A stretch of 63,606 nt of DNA, filler included, from Octopus bimaculoides (GCF_001194135.2; 5 parts of 4 records of this genome joined end to end with filler, not necessarily neighbours in it); one strand, 5' to 3'; counted from the whole stretch's first letter, positions 11,546-25,560 are shown. Notes: generated from the letters alone by a model not told the origin. Numbers and translations are program-made.

Positions 11546-11760
11546 GGCACGTAGCCAAGTTGTCAGGGTATTGCACTCAAGATTGCTAGATCATGGTTTC
11601 GAATTTCGGACCAAGCAGCGCGTTGTGTTCTTAACCAAAACACTTCATTTTACATTGTTTCAGTCTACCCAATGGTGAATGGGTAAGTCCGTGACAGAAT
11701 AGCCTTCAAATCAGGGACAATGTTGGCCTGCACGCATTGTGAGCAGCGATGTGCAACAAC
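11546..11760 (+). mobile_element. Family-C SINE
   Basis: aaggcacgtagccaagttgtcagggta...ggtttcgaatttc...cgttgtgttctt..caaaacacttcatt. Confidence 0.75.
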
Positions 11761-11784
11761 ATACAACAGTTTGGTCAATACCGT

Positions 11785-11819
<35 letters not shown>

Positions 11820-12266
11820 TTCTGTATAATTTTATATGTTATATTATATATACCATAGTGTGTAACAATACTTTACAGGAAATTCAAGTGGTAAATTGCT
11901 TCATAATTATTGCTGCTGTCGTGGTTTAACCCCATGACAATTCTGATCAACCAAAAGGACATTCTAGTTGTAGCTGGTTCGTCTATTTTTATATTTTACA
12001 CACTGTACCTAGGGCCATTTTTCCGAATAAATCCTTTTTATAAAAAGGAAACTTTGATTGTAATTTAAGAGAAATTTGTCTGTTGTTCCCAGCAGTCGAT
12101 TGACCAAGTTGAAGTTTCGTCGCCAGCTTGAGAATAATATTTCTTTATTTTTATTTTATAAGATACTGTGATGAGGACAAAGAAGAAAAACAGTGTCTGT
12201 AACTTTTACCTGTTTACCTATACTGATTAGATTTCTTTGTGGTTGATAATCAATACATGTACTTAC

Positions 12267-12389
12267 CTATGCAAGTGAGCCCATCTGGCTGTAGACTGTA
12301 TCCCAGCTGACAACCACAAACATACGACCCCAGGGTGTTCTGACAAAGTTGGCTGCATCCAGCTTTATTTTTGTCGCATTCATTGACAT
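12267..12389 (-). CDS. cbEGF exon: [41 protein letters not shown]
   Basis: cttctctgcag|AT ... ATAG|gtaagt, 123 bp, phase 1-1. Confidence 0.95.
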   Translation of the reverse strand: MSMNATKIKLDAANFVRTPWGRMFVVVSWDTVYSQMGSLA

Positions 12390-13334
12390 CTGCAGAGAAG
12401 TGAAGGCATTGGGTAAACGTTCAAGCGATCGACAAACCCTTTCAACTCTTAGTAAAGTAAATTATCCCTTGAACAAAATTAGCACAATAATTTAGAGGCA
12501 CAGATGATGTTCATTATTTAGTATGCATTCTGTATATTGAGTTTTGATTGTTTTTTTATCTGTTTGTGTAATCATTAAACGGTTGGTGTGGAGTGTCTAT
12601 GTGAGAAGTTGAGAGACGGTGTGAATGTGAAGGGAAAACAGATTGGTGAACCAAGTGGGAAGGCAAGAGCAATGTCGAAGGTGGTATTCATGTGTCGGCA
12701 TGTGTATAACAAAAATACATCAGAGTGTTGAAAAGTTATTCAACAAAGAGGATACGTTTAGACTAAAATTGGGTAAAGAGAAAAAAATATATATTCATTC
12801 TATGAAAAGCAGATAAGTCAAAGAAATTATTTAGAACTACACAGCAATTATTAAAGGTTAGAAAGGTGACCTAAAATTGCGAGTATTTTGAATATATCTC
12901 ACGGAGTGACGAAACTCCATGGAATAGTTACAGGCTACACTTTGGCAAGGCATAGCTCACCTTCAGGCACTCTGCCGGGGTTACGGCGAAGTCATAGAAA
13001 TGCAGCATAGTGGATTGTGAAGAGGCAGCGGAAGAGCTCAGCTGAGCTAACGGTGCTTCTTACATTGACGCTGAGCTGAGGAAACCTAGAAGATCAACAG
13101 TCAGGATCACCAAGCTCTCTCATGAGAGTAACTGCAATGAATCCATTGGGGTGGCGTCCATGGTTGTGTAATCCGCTAATGAAAGGCTCACTATGACTCA
13201 GGCTCCCAATTCCCATTCATAGCAATGGAAATGGATGGAGACAGAGAGTCATGGGAATCCGCGAAAACTGCGAAAAATGAGATAAAAGGAGAATTACCAA
13301 AACATCTATGAGGAACACAAATATATTAACTTAC

Positions 13335-13457
13335 CTTGGCATAATTTACCATTATTTAACAAGGAATAACCTGGACGACATTCACAATGAAAGCTTCCTG
13401 GTTCGTTCACACATAAATGTTGGCATCCACCATTGCCAATCATGCATTCATTGTCGT
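13335..13457 (-). CDS. cbEGF exon: [41 protein letters not shown]
   Basis: aattgtag|AC ... CAAG|gtaagt, 123 bp, phase 1-1. Confidence 0.95.
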
Positions 13458-13527
13458 CTACAATTAATGACGTTCAAAATAACTCATTAAACAATAAATT
13501 TTATTAGGTAAACATTTCAAAATAAAT

Positions 13528-13578
<51 letters not shown>

Positions 13579-13581
13579 TAC

Positions 13582-13639
<58 letters not shown>

Positions 13640-13654
13640 ACATACATACATACA

Positions 13655-13705
<51 letters not shown>

Positions 13706-14315
13706 NNNNNNNNNNNNNNNNNNNNNNNNNNNNNNNNNNNNNNNNNNNNNNNNNNNNNNNNNNNNNNNNNNNNNNNNNNNNNNNNNNNNNNNNNNNNNNN
13801 NNNNNNNNNNNNNNNNNNNNNNNNNNNNNNNNNNNNNNNNNNNNNNNNNNNNNNNNNNNNNNNNNNNNNNNNNNNNNNNNNNNNNNNNNNNNNNNNNNNN
13901 NNNNNNNNNNNNNNNNNNNNNNNNNNNNNNNNNNNNNNNNNNNNNNNNNNNNNNNNNNNNNNNNNNNNNNNNNNNNNNNNNNNNNNNNNNNNNNNNNNNN
14001 NNNNNNNNNNNNNNNNNNNNNNNNNNNNNNNNNNNNNNNNNNNNNNNNNNNNNNNNNNNNNNNNNNNNNNNNNNNNNNNNNNNNNNNNNNNNNNNNNNNN
14101 NNNNNNNNNNNNNNNNNNNNNNNNNNNNNNNNNNNNNNNNNNNNNATAATTAAATATATCTATGAAGAAACGATGAATTTTTTCATTACGAAATTTTTCG
14201 TTATTTCTTCATTATGAGGTTTTTTCACGCTGACTACTTGATAAATTCTTATAAAGAATTTATCCTATATTATATTATATATATATACATGATTTCATAC
14301 ACTCACACATATATA

Positions 14316-14531
14316 CGAAGAGGTACTGAAAAGTTTCTGGTTTTAAGGATATCGCGAAAAGCCTGGTTGGAGGCCCACCTTCCGAGTTCTTTTGCAGGGC
14401 TTAGAAAAACTGAAGGACCACTGTACTAAGTGTGTGAATCTGAGAGGGGAATATGTTGAATAAAATTACAATTAACTAATCTTCCTCTATTTTCTTTTAC
14501 CTAAAGATGGGAACTTTTCAGCACCCCTTCG
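14316..14531 (+). mobile_element. Mariner-derived MITE (internal deletion derivative)
   Basis: TA|CGAAGAGGTACTGAAAAGTT ... AACTTTTCAGCACCCCTTCG|TA; retains a transposase C-terminal remnant (KCVNLRGEYVE*). Confidence 0.85.
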
Positions 14532-16564
14532 TATATGCGCGTGTGTTCTCATAAGTTAAAATGAAATTTAAAGTGCAAGATAAAATAAAATAGGGATCTA
14601 CAGCTAATGCTTTAGTAAACAAATTTATAATTATTTTATTTTAGTTCTTGATTTTACTGCTTGTTTCTTCTGATCATATTTGTTTACTTTTTAGTACGTT
14701 TGAAAGCACCTTCCAAATAAGGCCAAACTAGTATCTGAAAAAGTGTGGAAGTTTATTAAATACATCTCAGGGCTGCTTCCGTATAGTAAGAAAACCTTGC
14801 TAAATTTGACAGAGTTTAATATTTACTTGCTATGAAACGTCCAGATGAATAATTTGTTCATTTTGTTACTGCAGAAAATTAAATGTACTACATATGTGGG
14901 AAATTATGTCTGTGGGTGTATTTGTGAAGTTGGTAGCTAACTCCTCCTACATAGTTTTATCGATTTTGATGAAACTTGACACTTGAGTAGAACTTATGTC
15001 TGAAAACCTCATGGCATACTCAGATTGTTGAAAAAATCGAAAATAGGGCCCCTGGAAAGAATCCTTATATATATCTAATATATTTTCTTTTAATATCCAA
15101 GGAAAATAACCCATTTGCCCCTCGAAGGGATCCTTATATATAGCCAAAGGAAATAACTTATTCATTTTCCTAAATTATTTGGTATAAATCAGATTGACGA
15201 TGCTTATTTGAACTGTTAGAGTTATTTTCGCAATTTATCCAGTATAACCCTTAAACAAGTAAATAGTATTTTCCTAAACAATAGATCCACTTATGTCGGT
15301 TAGTGACTTATTCACGAATATACAAATACCAGCGCCGTTGAGGGTAATATTCTCTGGGAACGCACAAAATCACTTTTCAGAGTTATTTACTTTGAATAGT
15401 TATTATCTTATATCTGATTAGCCTGTTATTACGTAACATGCTTCAAGATTTTAGTATACATACCTTATAAGTATTTCCTCCTAATTTCTATAGACTCTAG
15501 GAACGCATTAAAGTTCTTATCGGAGCTACTTTATTTGAATTCTTACTATCGGGTAACTAATTTCATGTTATTCCATAACTGACTTCACAATTTGGGTATT
15601 AATAACTTATTGGGAATTCCTAAAAACAAGATCCTGTGTAATACAGTTCGGTATTCTCTGTAAATGCACAAAAACCGTTTTAAGGGTTACATACTTTGTA
15701 TTGTTGTTATTGGATGAGCGAAACAATTATGAGAACGAAACCAAAGAATAAGCCCCGCTTTCCCGGGAATTACCGAGTACGTCAGCTAGTTTATGAATAC
15801 ATATGTATATGTATATTTAATGAGCGTGGGACATTTTGGCAACGCTGGTGTAACTGGATACAGACAACGAAACAGCTGCTAACAAATACAATTCACATTT
15901 CTACACGTCTTTTATTGTCTTAATTATATATNNNNNNNNNNNNNNNNNNNNNNNNNNNNNNNNNNNNNNNNNNNNNNNNNNNNNNNNNNNNNNNNNNNNN
16001 NNNNNNNNNNNNNNNNNNNNNNNNNNNNNNNNNNNNNNNNNNNNNNNNNNNNNNNNNNNNNNNNNNNNNNNNNNNNNNNNNNNNNNNNNNNNNNNNNNNN
16101 NNNNNNNNNNNNNNNNNNNNNNNNNNNNNNNNNNNNNNNNNNNNNNNNNNNNNNNNNNNNNNNNNNNNNNNNNNNNNNNNNNNNNNNNNNNNNNNNNNNN
16201 NNNNNNNNNNNNNNNNNNNNNNNNNNNNNNNNNNNNNNNNNNNNNNNNNNNNNNNNNNNNNNNNNNNNNNNNNNNNNNNNNNNNNNNNNNNNNNNNNNNN
16301 NNNNNNNNNNNNNNNNNNNNNNNNNNNNNNNNNNNNNNNNNNNNNNNNNNNNNNNNNNNNNNNNNNNNNNNNNNNNNNNNNNNNNNNNNNNNNNNNNNNN
16401 NNNNNNNNNNNNNNNNNNNNNNNNNNNNNNNNNNNNNNNNNNNNNNNNNNNNNNNNNNNNNNNNNNNNNNNNNNNNNNNNNNNNNNNNNNNNNNNNNNNN
16501 NATTTATATATATATTCTTTTCTTTACGCATGCATACGTGTATATATAAATGACTATACAAATA

Positions 16565-17835
16565 TCAGGTCATTAGGAATGAAATGCCCGAGTTTGAACT
16601 GAAAGTTTATATTACTTTATCTCAACAAAAAGCAATGCAGTTAATTAAAGTATGCACTTAAATTATCAACACAATTTTGTCATTTTATCGGTTGCTTATT
16701 TACGCCGGCAGCGAAGAATTCTGGAGAGCAATAGGTGATGAAATCACGGAAGGCTGTTTTTGCATCTTCTTCAGATTTGAAGTTTTTTCCTTGCAAAAAG
16801 TTGTCTAATGCCTGGAAAACATGAGAGTCAGTTGGTGCAAGGTCTGGTGAATATGGTGGATGACAGAGTACTTCCAAGTTCAGTTCCTGTAACTTGAGTG
16901 GCGTTCTTTGTGCTACTTGTGGTCAAGTATTGTCTTGCAAGGGAATTGACCTGTCTCTATTGACCAATCTCGGTTGTTTAATTGCAAGTTCACTCATCAT
17001 TTCATCCAATTGGTTGATGTATGCATCCGCTGTAATTGACTTACCAGGTCCCATGAAGCTGTAGTGAATGACACCAGCGCTAGATCACCAAACAGACACC
17101 ATTAGCTTTTTTGGTGAATATTTTTTGGGGGGATTGTGTTTTGACACATCGTCTCTAGCCAACCACAGTGCAGAATGCTTTCTATTGTTGAAAAGAATCC
17201 ATTTTTTTTATCACACGTAACAATACGATGCAAAAATGGTTCGGTTTTAAGCAGTGACAGCGAGATTTAATACGACGTGTCATTTGATGCTCGTTCTGAT
17301 CATGTGGTACCCACTTGTCTAGCTTCTTTACCTTGCCGATTTGTTTCAGATGGTCCAATACAGCTGAAATCGAAATATCAAACCTTGCTGCTAACTCACG
17401 CATAGTTTGAGATGTATCCGCTTCCACTGCAGTTTCCAGCTCATTATCCACCTTGGTCTCAGGTCTACCACGGGGCTGATTTTCAAGAGTAAAGTCACCA
17501 GACAGGAACTTCTCAAACCATTTACGTACAGTGCACTCATTTGCCACATCTTCACAAAACACCTCATTGATGTTTTGAGGTGTCTGCGATGCATTGGTTC
17601 CACGACGGAACTCATATTCATGAATACCATGAATTTTTGATCTCTCCTTGGGTTCACATAAATTGATTTACAAGAGAAAACTCATAATATAATCAGACAC
17701 CATGAATTGCATTTCGAAAAGTGATGTAACTTTTCTATGTTATAAAACAAAGAATCGTCAGGAAAACACATTACAGGTGACGGCAGCCAAACTTGGTGCA
17801 AAGGAAACTCAGTTATTTCATTCTTAATAACCTCA
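16565..17835 (-). mobile_element. Mariner (DD34D-type) transposon, decayed
   Basis: TIRs TCAGGTCATTAGGAATGAAATG / TGAGGTTATTAAGAATGAAATA with TA flanks; fragments TVRKWFEKF.SGDFTLENQPRGRP, KWVPHD and HPPYSPDLAPTD. Confidence 0.9.
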
Positions 17836-18120
17836 TATATATATATATAATANNNNNNNNNNNNNNNNNNNNNNNNNNNNNNNNNNNNNNNNNNNNNNNN
17901 NNNNNNNNNNNNNNNNNNNNNNNNNNNNNNNNNNNNNNNNNNNNNNNNNNNNNNNNNNNNNNNNNNNNNNNNNNNNNNNNNNNNNNNNNNNNNNNNNNNN
18001 NNNNNNNNNNNNNNNNNNNNNNNNNNNNNNNNNNNNNNNNNNNNNNNNNNNNNNNNNNNNNNNNNNNNNNNNNNNNNNNNNNNNNNNNNNNNNNNNNNNN
18101 NNNNNNNNNNNNNNNNNNNN

Positions 18121-18174
<54 letters not shown>

Positions 18175-18728
18175 AGAGAGAGAGATCTATGCGTGTATGT
18201 ATATATGTATATGCGTACATGTGTATATATATATATATATATATGTATATACATGTGTGTATATACATATGTATATATATGTAAATACGTACACACACAC
18301 ACACGCATATATATATAAGTGCTCTCAAATTTCACCTGAAGACGTGCATGTACAGGTTAAGTTTTATTTGTGAAATACAGTTTGATTTGAATTTGCTACA
18401 AGTGGTCTACGTTTATGATGGTGAACCGTTGGTGGGGATGCTTGCAATGTGACCTGGGCATCAAGGAGACGGCAGACTGAAAAAGTTTTGGAATCCATGG
18501 TCTAAACTCACCTGAATTTTCTGAGACTGAGAATATTAATACAAGGAATTTGTCAACACTTTCATCCACCACCTAACGGTCTCATTTTGTCGATCGTTAG
18601 CTAGCTGTGTTTGATAATCTTGTTTGATAGTTTGTCTTATGTTCTAGCATGCACAACTACGTCATAGGTTAGAGTGGTTAACTCCCGGAAAATAAAGAAA
18701 ATGTACATTGAAAATACAAAGGACTTAC

Positions 18729-18851
18729 CTAGACAAGTCTTGCCGTCTCTCTGCAAAACGTAGCCCGATCTACACATACAGTAGCTTGTTCCATTTTGGT
18801 ACACGCAATTGTGGTCACAACCCCCATTTCCGGACGCACATGTGTTCTTCC
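18729..18851 (-). CDS. Non-calcium-binding EGF exon: (R)KNTCASGNGGCDHNCVYQNGTSYCMCRSGYVLQRDGKTCL
   Basis: tttcgccag|GG ... CTAG|gtaagt, 123 bp, phase 1-1; six Cys but no D-x-N-E consensus. Confidence 0.92.
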   Translation of the reverse strand, partial: GRTHVRPEMGVVTTIACTKMEQATVCVDRATFCRETARLV

Positions 18852-18953
18852 CTGGCGAAATTAATAATGCAAACAGCTTATATAATATTTATATATATAC
18901 ATGCATACATACATACATACATACATACAGCATGTCTAGATATGTGTCTTTAA

Positions 18954-19172
18954 CCCTTTAGTGTTTACATTACTCTGTCAAATGTAATACTTATTTATTC
19001 ACATCGTTTTGAATTAATTGTGCCTTATCCCATAGCTTCAAGATTTTGATGATGTGATTATTATATTTAGAATGACATTGCAGGGTAGGTGTGAAAGGCT
19101 GAATCTCATAAGTTTGACCACAAAACAAGGATAATATTCTGGCCAGATATGGCCAATTTAAACACTAAAGGG
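18954..19172 (+). mobile_element. piggyBac-type MITE, complete
   Basis: TTAA|CCCTTTAGTGTTTA ... TAAACACTAAAGGG|TTAA: perfect 14-bp TIR with TTAA target-site duplication. Confidence 0.9.
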
Positions 19173-19341
19173 TTAAACATTAGAATATATATCTGAAGTA
19201 AAACATATAAATCTGCTCATATACATACAAACAAAAATCCCTGTTGCTGATGTTGAAATTCCAATGAAAGGACTTTCGATCAAGGTTAGAAACCGGCTCT
19301 TCCTCTATTGGCTAGAAATTTTGAAATAAAACTTAACAATG

Positions 19342-19372
<31 letters not shown>

Positions 19373-19388
19373 TACATACATACATACA

Positions 19389-19419
<31 letters not shown>

Positions 19420-19592
19420 GCATGGCTGTGTTGTAAGAAGCTTCATTCTCAACCACATGCCAGTTATCAAACTAAGTTTGGTAACGACCAGCAGTGAATA
19501 CATCCAAGCTCACGATCTGATCGACAGCTCATCTTATTGTCCACCGTGGCGTTTAATTTCTACCATTTGATCAATAACGAATGATATCTTAC

Positions 19593-19715
19593 TTTTGCAC
19601 GTTCGAGAATCTGGAAGCAGAATATAACCCAGTTCGCATCCGCAGACGTAAGATCCAATTGTATTGATACATAACTGGTCACATCCATCTAAATGCTTTT
19701 CACATTCGTTTTCGT
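19593..19715 (-). CDS. cbEGF exon: DENECEKHLDGCDQLCINTIGSYVCGCELGYILLPDSRTCK
   Basis: atttcag|AC ... AAAA|gtaaga, 123 bp, phase 1-1; ends in A rather than G. Confidence 0.94.
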
Positions 19716-19749
19716 CTGAAATATATAAAGAAAAATCAAAGAACGTAAT

Positions 19750-19810
<61 letters not shown>

Positions 19811-20231
19811 ATTAAAAGTGTTTTTCATGACATGTCTTGATAATTTGAGTGCACTTGAGAAAACTCAGGCTCTATTCATTCCAACGCTGCTTGAACACTG
19901 CATTATTTGTACTGTATGGAAATTATTCTTTTGTCACTGTCCAAAAGACGCTAACAGCAAAGCTTAAAATAATGAAAGAGTACCTGTTACTGCAATACGT
20001 TAAATTCTCCTACTCTATTCAACGGTCAAGGAAGAAAAATACCCCAGGTAAACAAGAACGCCTACATACACCTCAGCGCACTGTGATTCACTGCTTGTGT
20101 GAGCTACGATGTTCCAAAATATGATCTAAACAGGACTTAACCAGGTGGTTTTCATTAAGTTAAGTATGGCAGGAAGCTTTCAAGATTATCAAATTCACAC
20201 ACATACACACGCACACACACACGTGTGTGTG

Positions 20232-20452
20232 TATACATATAATCCTTCTACTATACGGAAAAGGCCCGAAATTTTGGAAGAGAATGCTAGTCAATTACAT
20301 CTGCCCGAGAGCATAACTGATACTTATTTCCCTGACCCGAAAGGATGAAAAGCCAAGTGACCTAGACGGAATTCGAACGCAGAATGAAAAGATGTACGAA
20401 ATGCCGCTAAGCATTTTACACGGTGCGTTAATCATTCTGCAACTCGCCTTAT
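20232..20452 (-). mobile_element. Family-B SINE
   Basis: Reverse complement of the family B unit. Confidence 0.8.
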
Positions 20453-20697
20453 ACATACATACAGACATACATACATACATGCATACATACATATACATAC
20501 ATACATACATTCAAACATACATACATACATACATACATACATACATACATACATACATGCACGCATACTGAGACAAATCCGGTTGTCTCGACACAAAACA
20601 TAGTTTATTAAGTATCATCCAATCAGTGGACACGATTCTATCATGTGATGTTTTTCACTCCCATATCGTTTTGTTATTTAATAGAGAGAGAGAGAGA

Positions 20698-20783
<86 letters not shown>

Positions 20784-20890
20784 GTGAATGCGGCACAGCG
20801 ATAAGGAAAGAAACTAAAAACAAAGAGAATGACAGCGTCTGAAATACCGGAGACTGAGCTCAAAATTAGTCGTAATAAAATCCTCCATAC

Positions 20891-21013
20891 CTGTACATGT
20901 CCTCTGATCATATCTAAGGACAAACCCGGCATAACATGTACATTTGTAAGATCCTTCTGTGTTCACACATGTATGGCTGCAGTTACCGTTATTTGACGTA
21001 CATTCATTCTCAT
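20891..21013 (-). CDS. cbEGF exon: DENECTSNNGNCSHTCVNTEGSYKCTCYAGFVLRYDQRTCT
   Basis: gtttcag|AT ... ACAG|gtatgg, 123 bp; within ORF 20814..21026. Confidence 0.95.
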
Positions 21014-21406
21014 CTGAAACAACCAAAAAGTTTAGCAGACGACAACTTACTTTGAAGCATTTTTAATACTTTTCTTGTCTCGTGGTAATGGAGGAGATGG
21101 GTAACATTCGGGTAGATATTATCAAAACAGAGCAATTCTGTCGAGAATGTTGACTATATATATGCATAACATGTATATATATATATGTATAACATTTTTT
21201 GTATGCGTTCCTCTATAAAGGATATTTTCTTAATTCACTTTGAATTCAGCCCATTTTGGATGGTCTTGATAACGTTGTATAAGCATATAGTTTCGGATAT
21301 AATAATTTGACTCGTATTTTATACCTTTTGTCTGTAACCAAATATGCTGGCAGAATAGAAACAATCGACGATAATATGTGTTTTTCTCCAATTCTCCAAT
21401 CTTGTT

Positions 21407-21447
<41 letters not shown>

Positions 21448-21559
21448 AGGCGTGCATGCGTGTGTGTGTCTGTGTGTGTGAACCCAGTTTCGAAAGAATT
21501 GCAAAACTCTATACAGATATGTGACTAATGACACTGTAAAAATAAATAATTGATATACA

Positions 21560-21608
<49 letters not shown>

Positions 21609-21738
21609 GCACACACACATATATATATACATATATATATTCACATATACATATATATACACACACATATATATACATATACATACGCATATATATAAAG
21701 GTGTGTGAGAACGAGAGAGAAAGAGCTATATATCTCAC

Positions 21739-21861
21739 CTTCACATGCGTACTTATCTGCTTTTAGGACGTAGCCGTGGTTGCATGAGCACTTGTAGGAA
21801 CCCAGTATATTGATGCAGTTGTGACTGCACGGGATATCTTCATCTTGGCATTCGTTGTTAT
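21739..21861 (-). CDS. cbEGF exon: [41 protein letters not shown]
   Basis: gtatttcag|AT ... GAAG|gtgaga, 123 bp, phase 1-1. Confidence 0.95.
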
Positions 21862-22124
21862 CTGAAATACAATAGATTTAAATATTACAAGTTAAAATCT
21901 CTGTCCTACTCAAAAAACTCGTGAAAACCAATAAACCAACAAGTACTTAACCCGACTTAATATTCGCAAAATCCAGAAATATTTTCACGTACACTTACCT
22001 CTGAACTCCTGAATATACTTATCCTACACTGGATATCCGCGAAAACTTGGAGTACATTCTATCACTAAGTATTGAATAGGACTGTTTAAAGAAATTGAAT
22101 GACCGTCAAATTCATAGTGCTTAC

Positions 22125-22247
22125 CCACACAGCTACGTTCATCGTCAGTCAGAGAGAATCCTTCACGACAGGAACAGACGACACCGCCCATTGTGTTTTG
22201 ACAGATGTGATCACACCCTCCGTTGCTGATTAAACACTCGTTGGTAT
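22125..22247 (-). CDS. cbEGF exon: DTNECLISNGGCDHICQNTMGGVVCSCREGFSLTDDERSCV
   Basis: ctctatacag|AT ... GTGG|gtaagc, 123 bp; within ORF 22024..22299. Confidence 0.95.
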
Positions 22248-23257
22248 CTGTATAGAGAAAAGGGTTCATTTTATAATGACTCTGAAGTTTCGATGTCAAT
22301 AGAATTATTGCAAATATCGCATTCTACACGTACATTGAGTTCTTGATTTTGATTATGTTTGATGGTTATTTTTCGTATTATTTTCTTAGAAAAATATTCA
22401 GTTTTATAACACACGAACACACACATTCACATTGACATATATATACATTCACATAGGCATATATATATATAACTCAAAGGAATTCCAACTTTGTCTGATT
22501 TTCACGTTTTATTTACAATCTTATAGTAATATAAGATAATATAATATAATGAAATGATAGAATATTACATGTCCATTGTGGTTGAACTAGTACTTTCATG
22601 CATTAAACTATGCAATCTTCAGATTCATTTAGTAGTGGTGTCAGTTATGCTTTACAATTTACAACTGTGGCGAGATGGCTAAACTGTGTCCCTTAAATAT
22701 AGGCTCCAAAATGTTAATTTTTGCAAACTGCATTCTGACCAATAAGTGTATGATTTTACTCAATTACTTAAGTTGAATGGTGTTTGGTTTAGGCATCACG
22801 GTTTGCATGAGGAATACTGAATGTCTTCATGCACTTCAGACCCTCCCATGTCCCTGGTGATGGACCTGATTGTGCGTGTATGTTCCATATGGATTCAAAG
22901 ACTGAGTTGCCGATTTTGAATCAAAAGATTCAATAATCTTTCGGCTACCAAATAATGCATGTTTTTTTTTGGTTTTTTTTTTTACACCACTCTTTTTTAC
23001 TACAAAAATAACCTCGGAAATGAGGCTGGGTTGCACAGTATTGATGTGTTTAACTAAGGGAGGCAATTCTGCCAGAACAATTTTTATATTTTAGAGCTGG
23101 CATGGTCTGAATTTGGTAGACGAAAACTGCAGCGATGTTCATCAGAAAATGACCGAAAAACATGCTTATAAAGAAGAGTTGTTTGCTTCACACTCCTCGT
23201 TTGCCGATTCTGCCCATAAGAAAGGAACAAATAATACAAGGTAGCTGTAGGTCATAA

Positions 23258-23287
23258 CACCCGGGCAACGCAGGGGTGCATCGCTAG
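23258..23287 (+). mobile_element. Helitron-type 3' terminus (non-autonomous element; 5' end not located)
   Basis: CACCCgggcaacgcagGGGTG hairpin, short spacer, then CTAG followed by T; same layout as 55758-55788. Confidence 0.6.
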
Positions 23288-23294
23288 TGTGTGT

Positions 23295-23378
<84 letters not shown>

Positions 23379-23431
23379 TTATATGTAATTCCACGTGACA
23401 AAAGTACGCTGTAATTCACACATTAACTCAC

Positions 23432-23554
23432 CTAAACATGTTTTCTTGTCTTCCTGGAGATAGAACCCTGGCCGACACGAGCATTTATAGGAGCCCAGTA
23501 CATTGAAGCAGTTGTGAGAGCATCCTCCATTCTTAAAAGTACATTCATTAACAT
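23432..23554 (-). CDS. cbEGF exon: [41 protein letters not shown]
   Basis: caattacag|AT ... TTAG|gtgagt, 123 bp, phase 1-1. Confidence 0.95.
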   Translation of the reverse strand: MLMNVLLRMEDALTTASMYWAPINARVGQGSISRKTRKHV

Positions 23555-23705
23555 CTGTAATTGAGATAAGTGAAGATTGTTTTCAGCCAAACAAAACTAA
23601 AGCAATCAAAATACAGTGCAGTATGAATTCATTCAGAGCAGGAACTTCAATAACTGTTTATAATATACGTTTATAATGTTAAGTAGTCATACCTTCACTT
23701 ACATA

Positions 23706-23864
23706 GGCGCAGGAGTGGGTGTGTAGTAAGTAGCTTGCTTACCAACCACATTGTTCCGGGTTCAGTCCCACTGCGTGGCACCATGGGCAAAATATCTTCT
23801 ACTATAGCCTCGAGCCGACCAAAGCCTTGTGAGTGGATTTGGTAGACAGAAACTGAAACAAGCT

Positions 23865-23875
<11 letters not shown>
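23706..23875 (+). mobile_element. Family-A SINE 5' half
   Basis: ggcgcaggagtgggtgtgtagtaagtagcttgcttaccaaccaca...gaaactgaaac. Confidence 0.88.
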
Positions 23876-23944
<69 letters not shown>

Positions 23945-23964
23945 ATGTATGTATGTATGTATGT

Positions 23965-24140
23965 ATGACCATAACTTCACTCTATAGTCACAAGTTATGT
24001 AGTTAAGATCATATCCTCACAAATATAGTCATAACTTTTGTAGTTATTATGGCCATGCTTTCACACGCACAGTCACAGATTTTGTACTTACTATGATCAT
24101 GCTATCATTCGCATACTCACATTTTTGTAGTAACATAATA
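23965..24140. repeat. Degenerate ~41-44 bp tandem repeat, about 4 copies
   Basis: Units begin near 23965, 24006, 24049 and 24093 (atga.cat..tt.ca.....agtca.a..ttttgta.tta). Confidence 0.7.
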
Positions 24141-24363
24141 AAATCATGCAAGCTATTTAACCGGACACTTCACCGTTTGTGTTACTCCACCGACCTTCGT
24201 TTACCTGAATCATATTCATATTCTAAATGGATACCCAGACAGTGATCACTAAAACAAATTTCATTATACACACCAATTATTATTTTGCTGGCATGTAATC
24301 ATTTATTTTAACTCAAAGTGCAACAAATCACCTTATTTCAATGTATTTAAATTATGGTGTTAC

Positions 24364-24486
24364 CTGTGCACGATTTGCCATCCGCCATTGTTGCGTAACC
24401 TTGACGACAAGAGCAAGAATAGCTACCATCTTTGTTGGTGCACATGTGTTCACAGCCGCCGTTTCTTTCACTGCATTCGTCTTTAT
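24364..24486 (-). CDS. cbEGF exon: [41 protein letters not shown]
   Basis: (ttc)n-tag|AT ... ACAG|gtaaca, 123 bp, phase 1-1. Confidence 0.94.
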
Positions 24487-24490
24487 CTAG

Positions 24491-24575
24491 AAGAAGAAGA
24501 AGAAGAAGAAGAAGAAGAAGAAGAAGAAGAAGAAGAAGAAGAAGAAGAAGAAGAAGAAGAAGAAGAAGAAGAAGA
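24491..24575. repeat. (GAA)n/(TTC)n microsatellite abutting a splice acceptor
   Basis: Direct reading; about 28 uninterrupted units. Confidence 0.97.
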
Positions 24576-24576
24576 A

Positions 24577-25560
<984 letters not shown>

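Noticed and set aside
12900-13270. GC-richer intronic block with a donor-like AAG|gtgagc at 12960
   Set aside because: Phase-1 frame has a stop and no EGF pattern; probably an old repeat fragment, family not identifiable.
21999-22023. Strong donor CAGAG|gtaagt with a nearby AG, suggesting a 25-nt exon
   Set aside because: Not a multiple of 3 and gives an immediate in-frame stop (GGA TAA) after a phase-1 exon; at most a cryptic or poison site.
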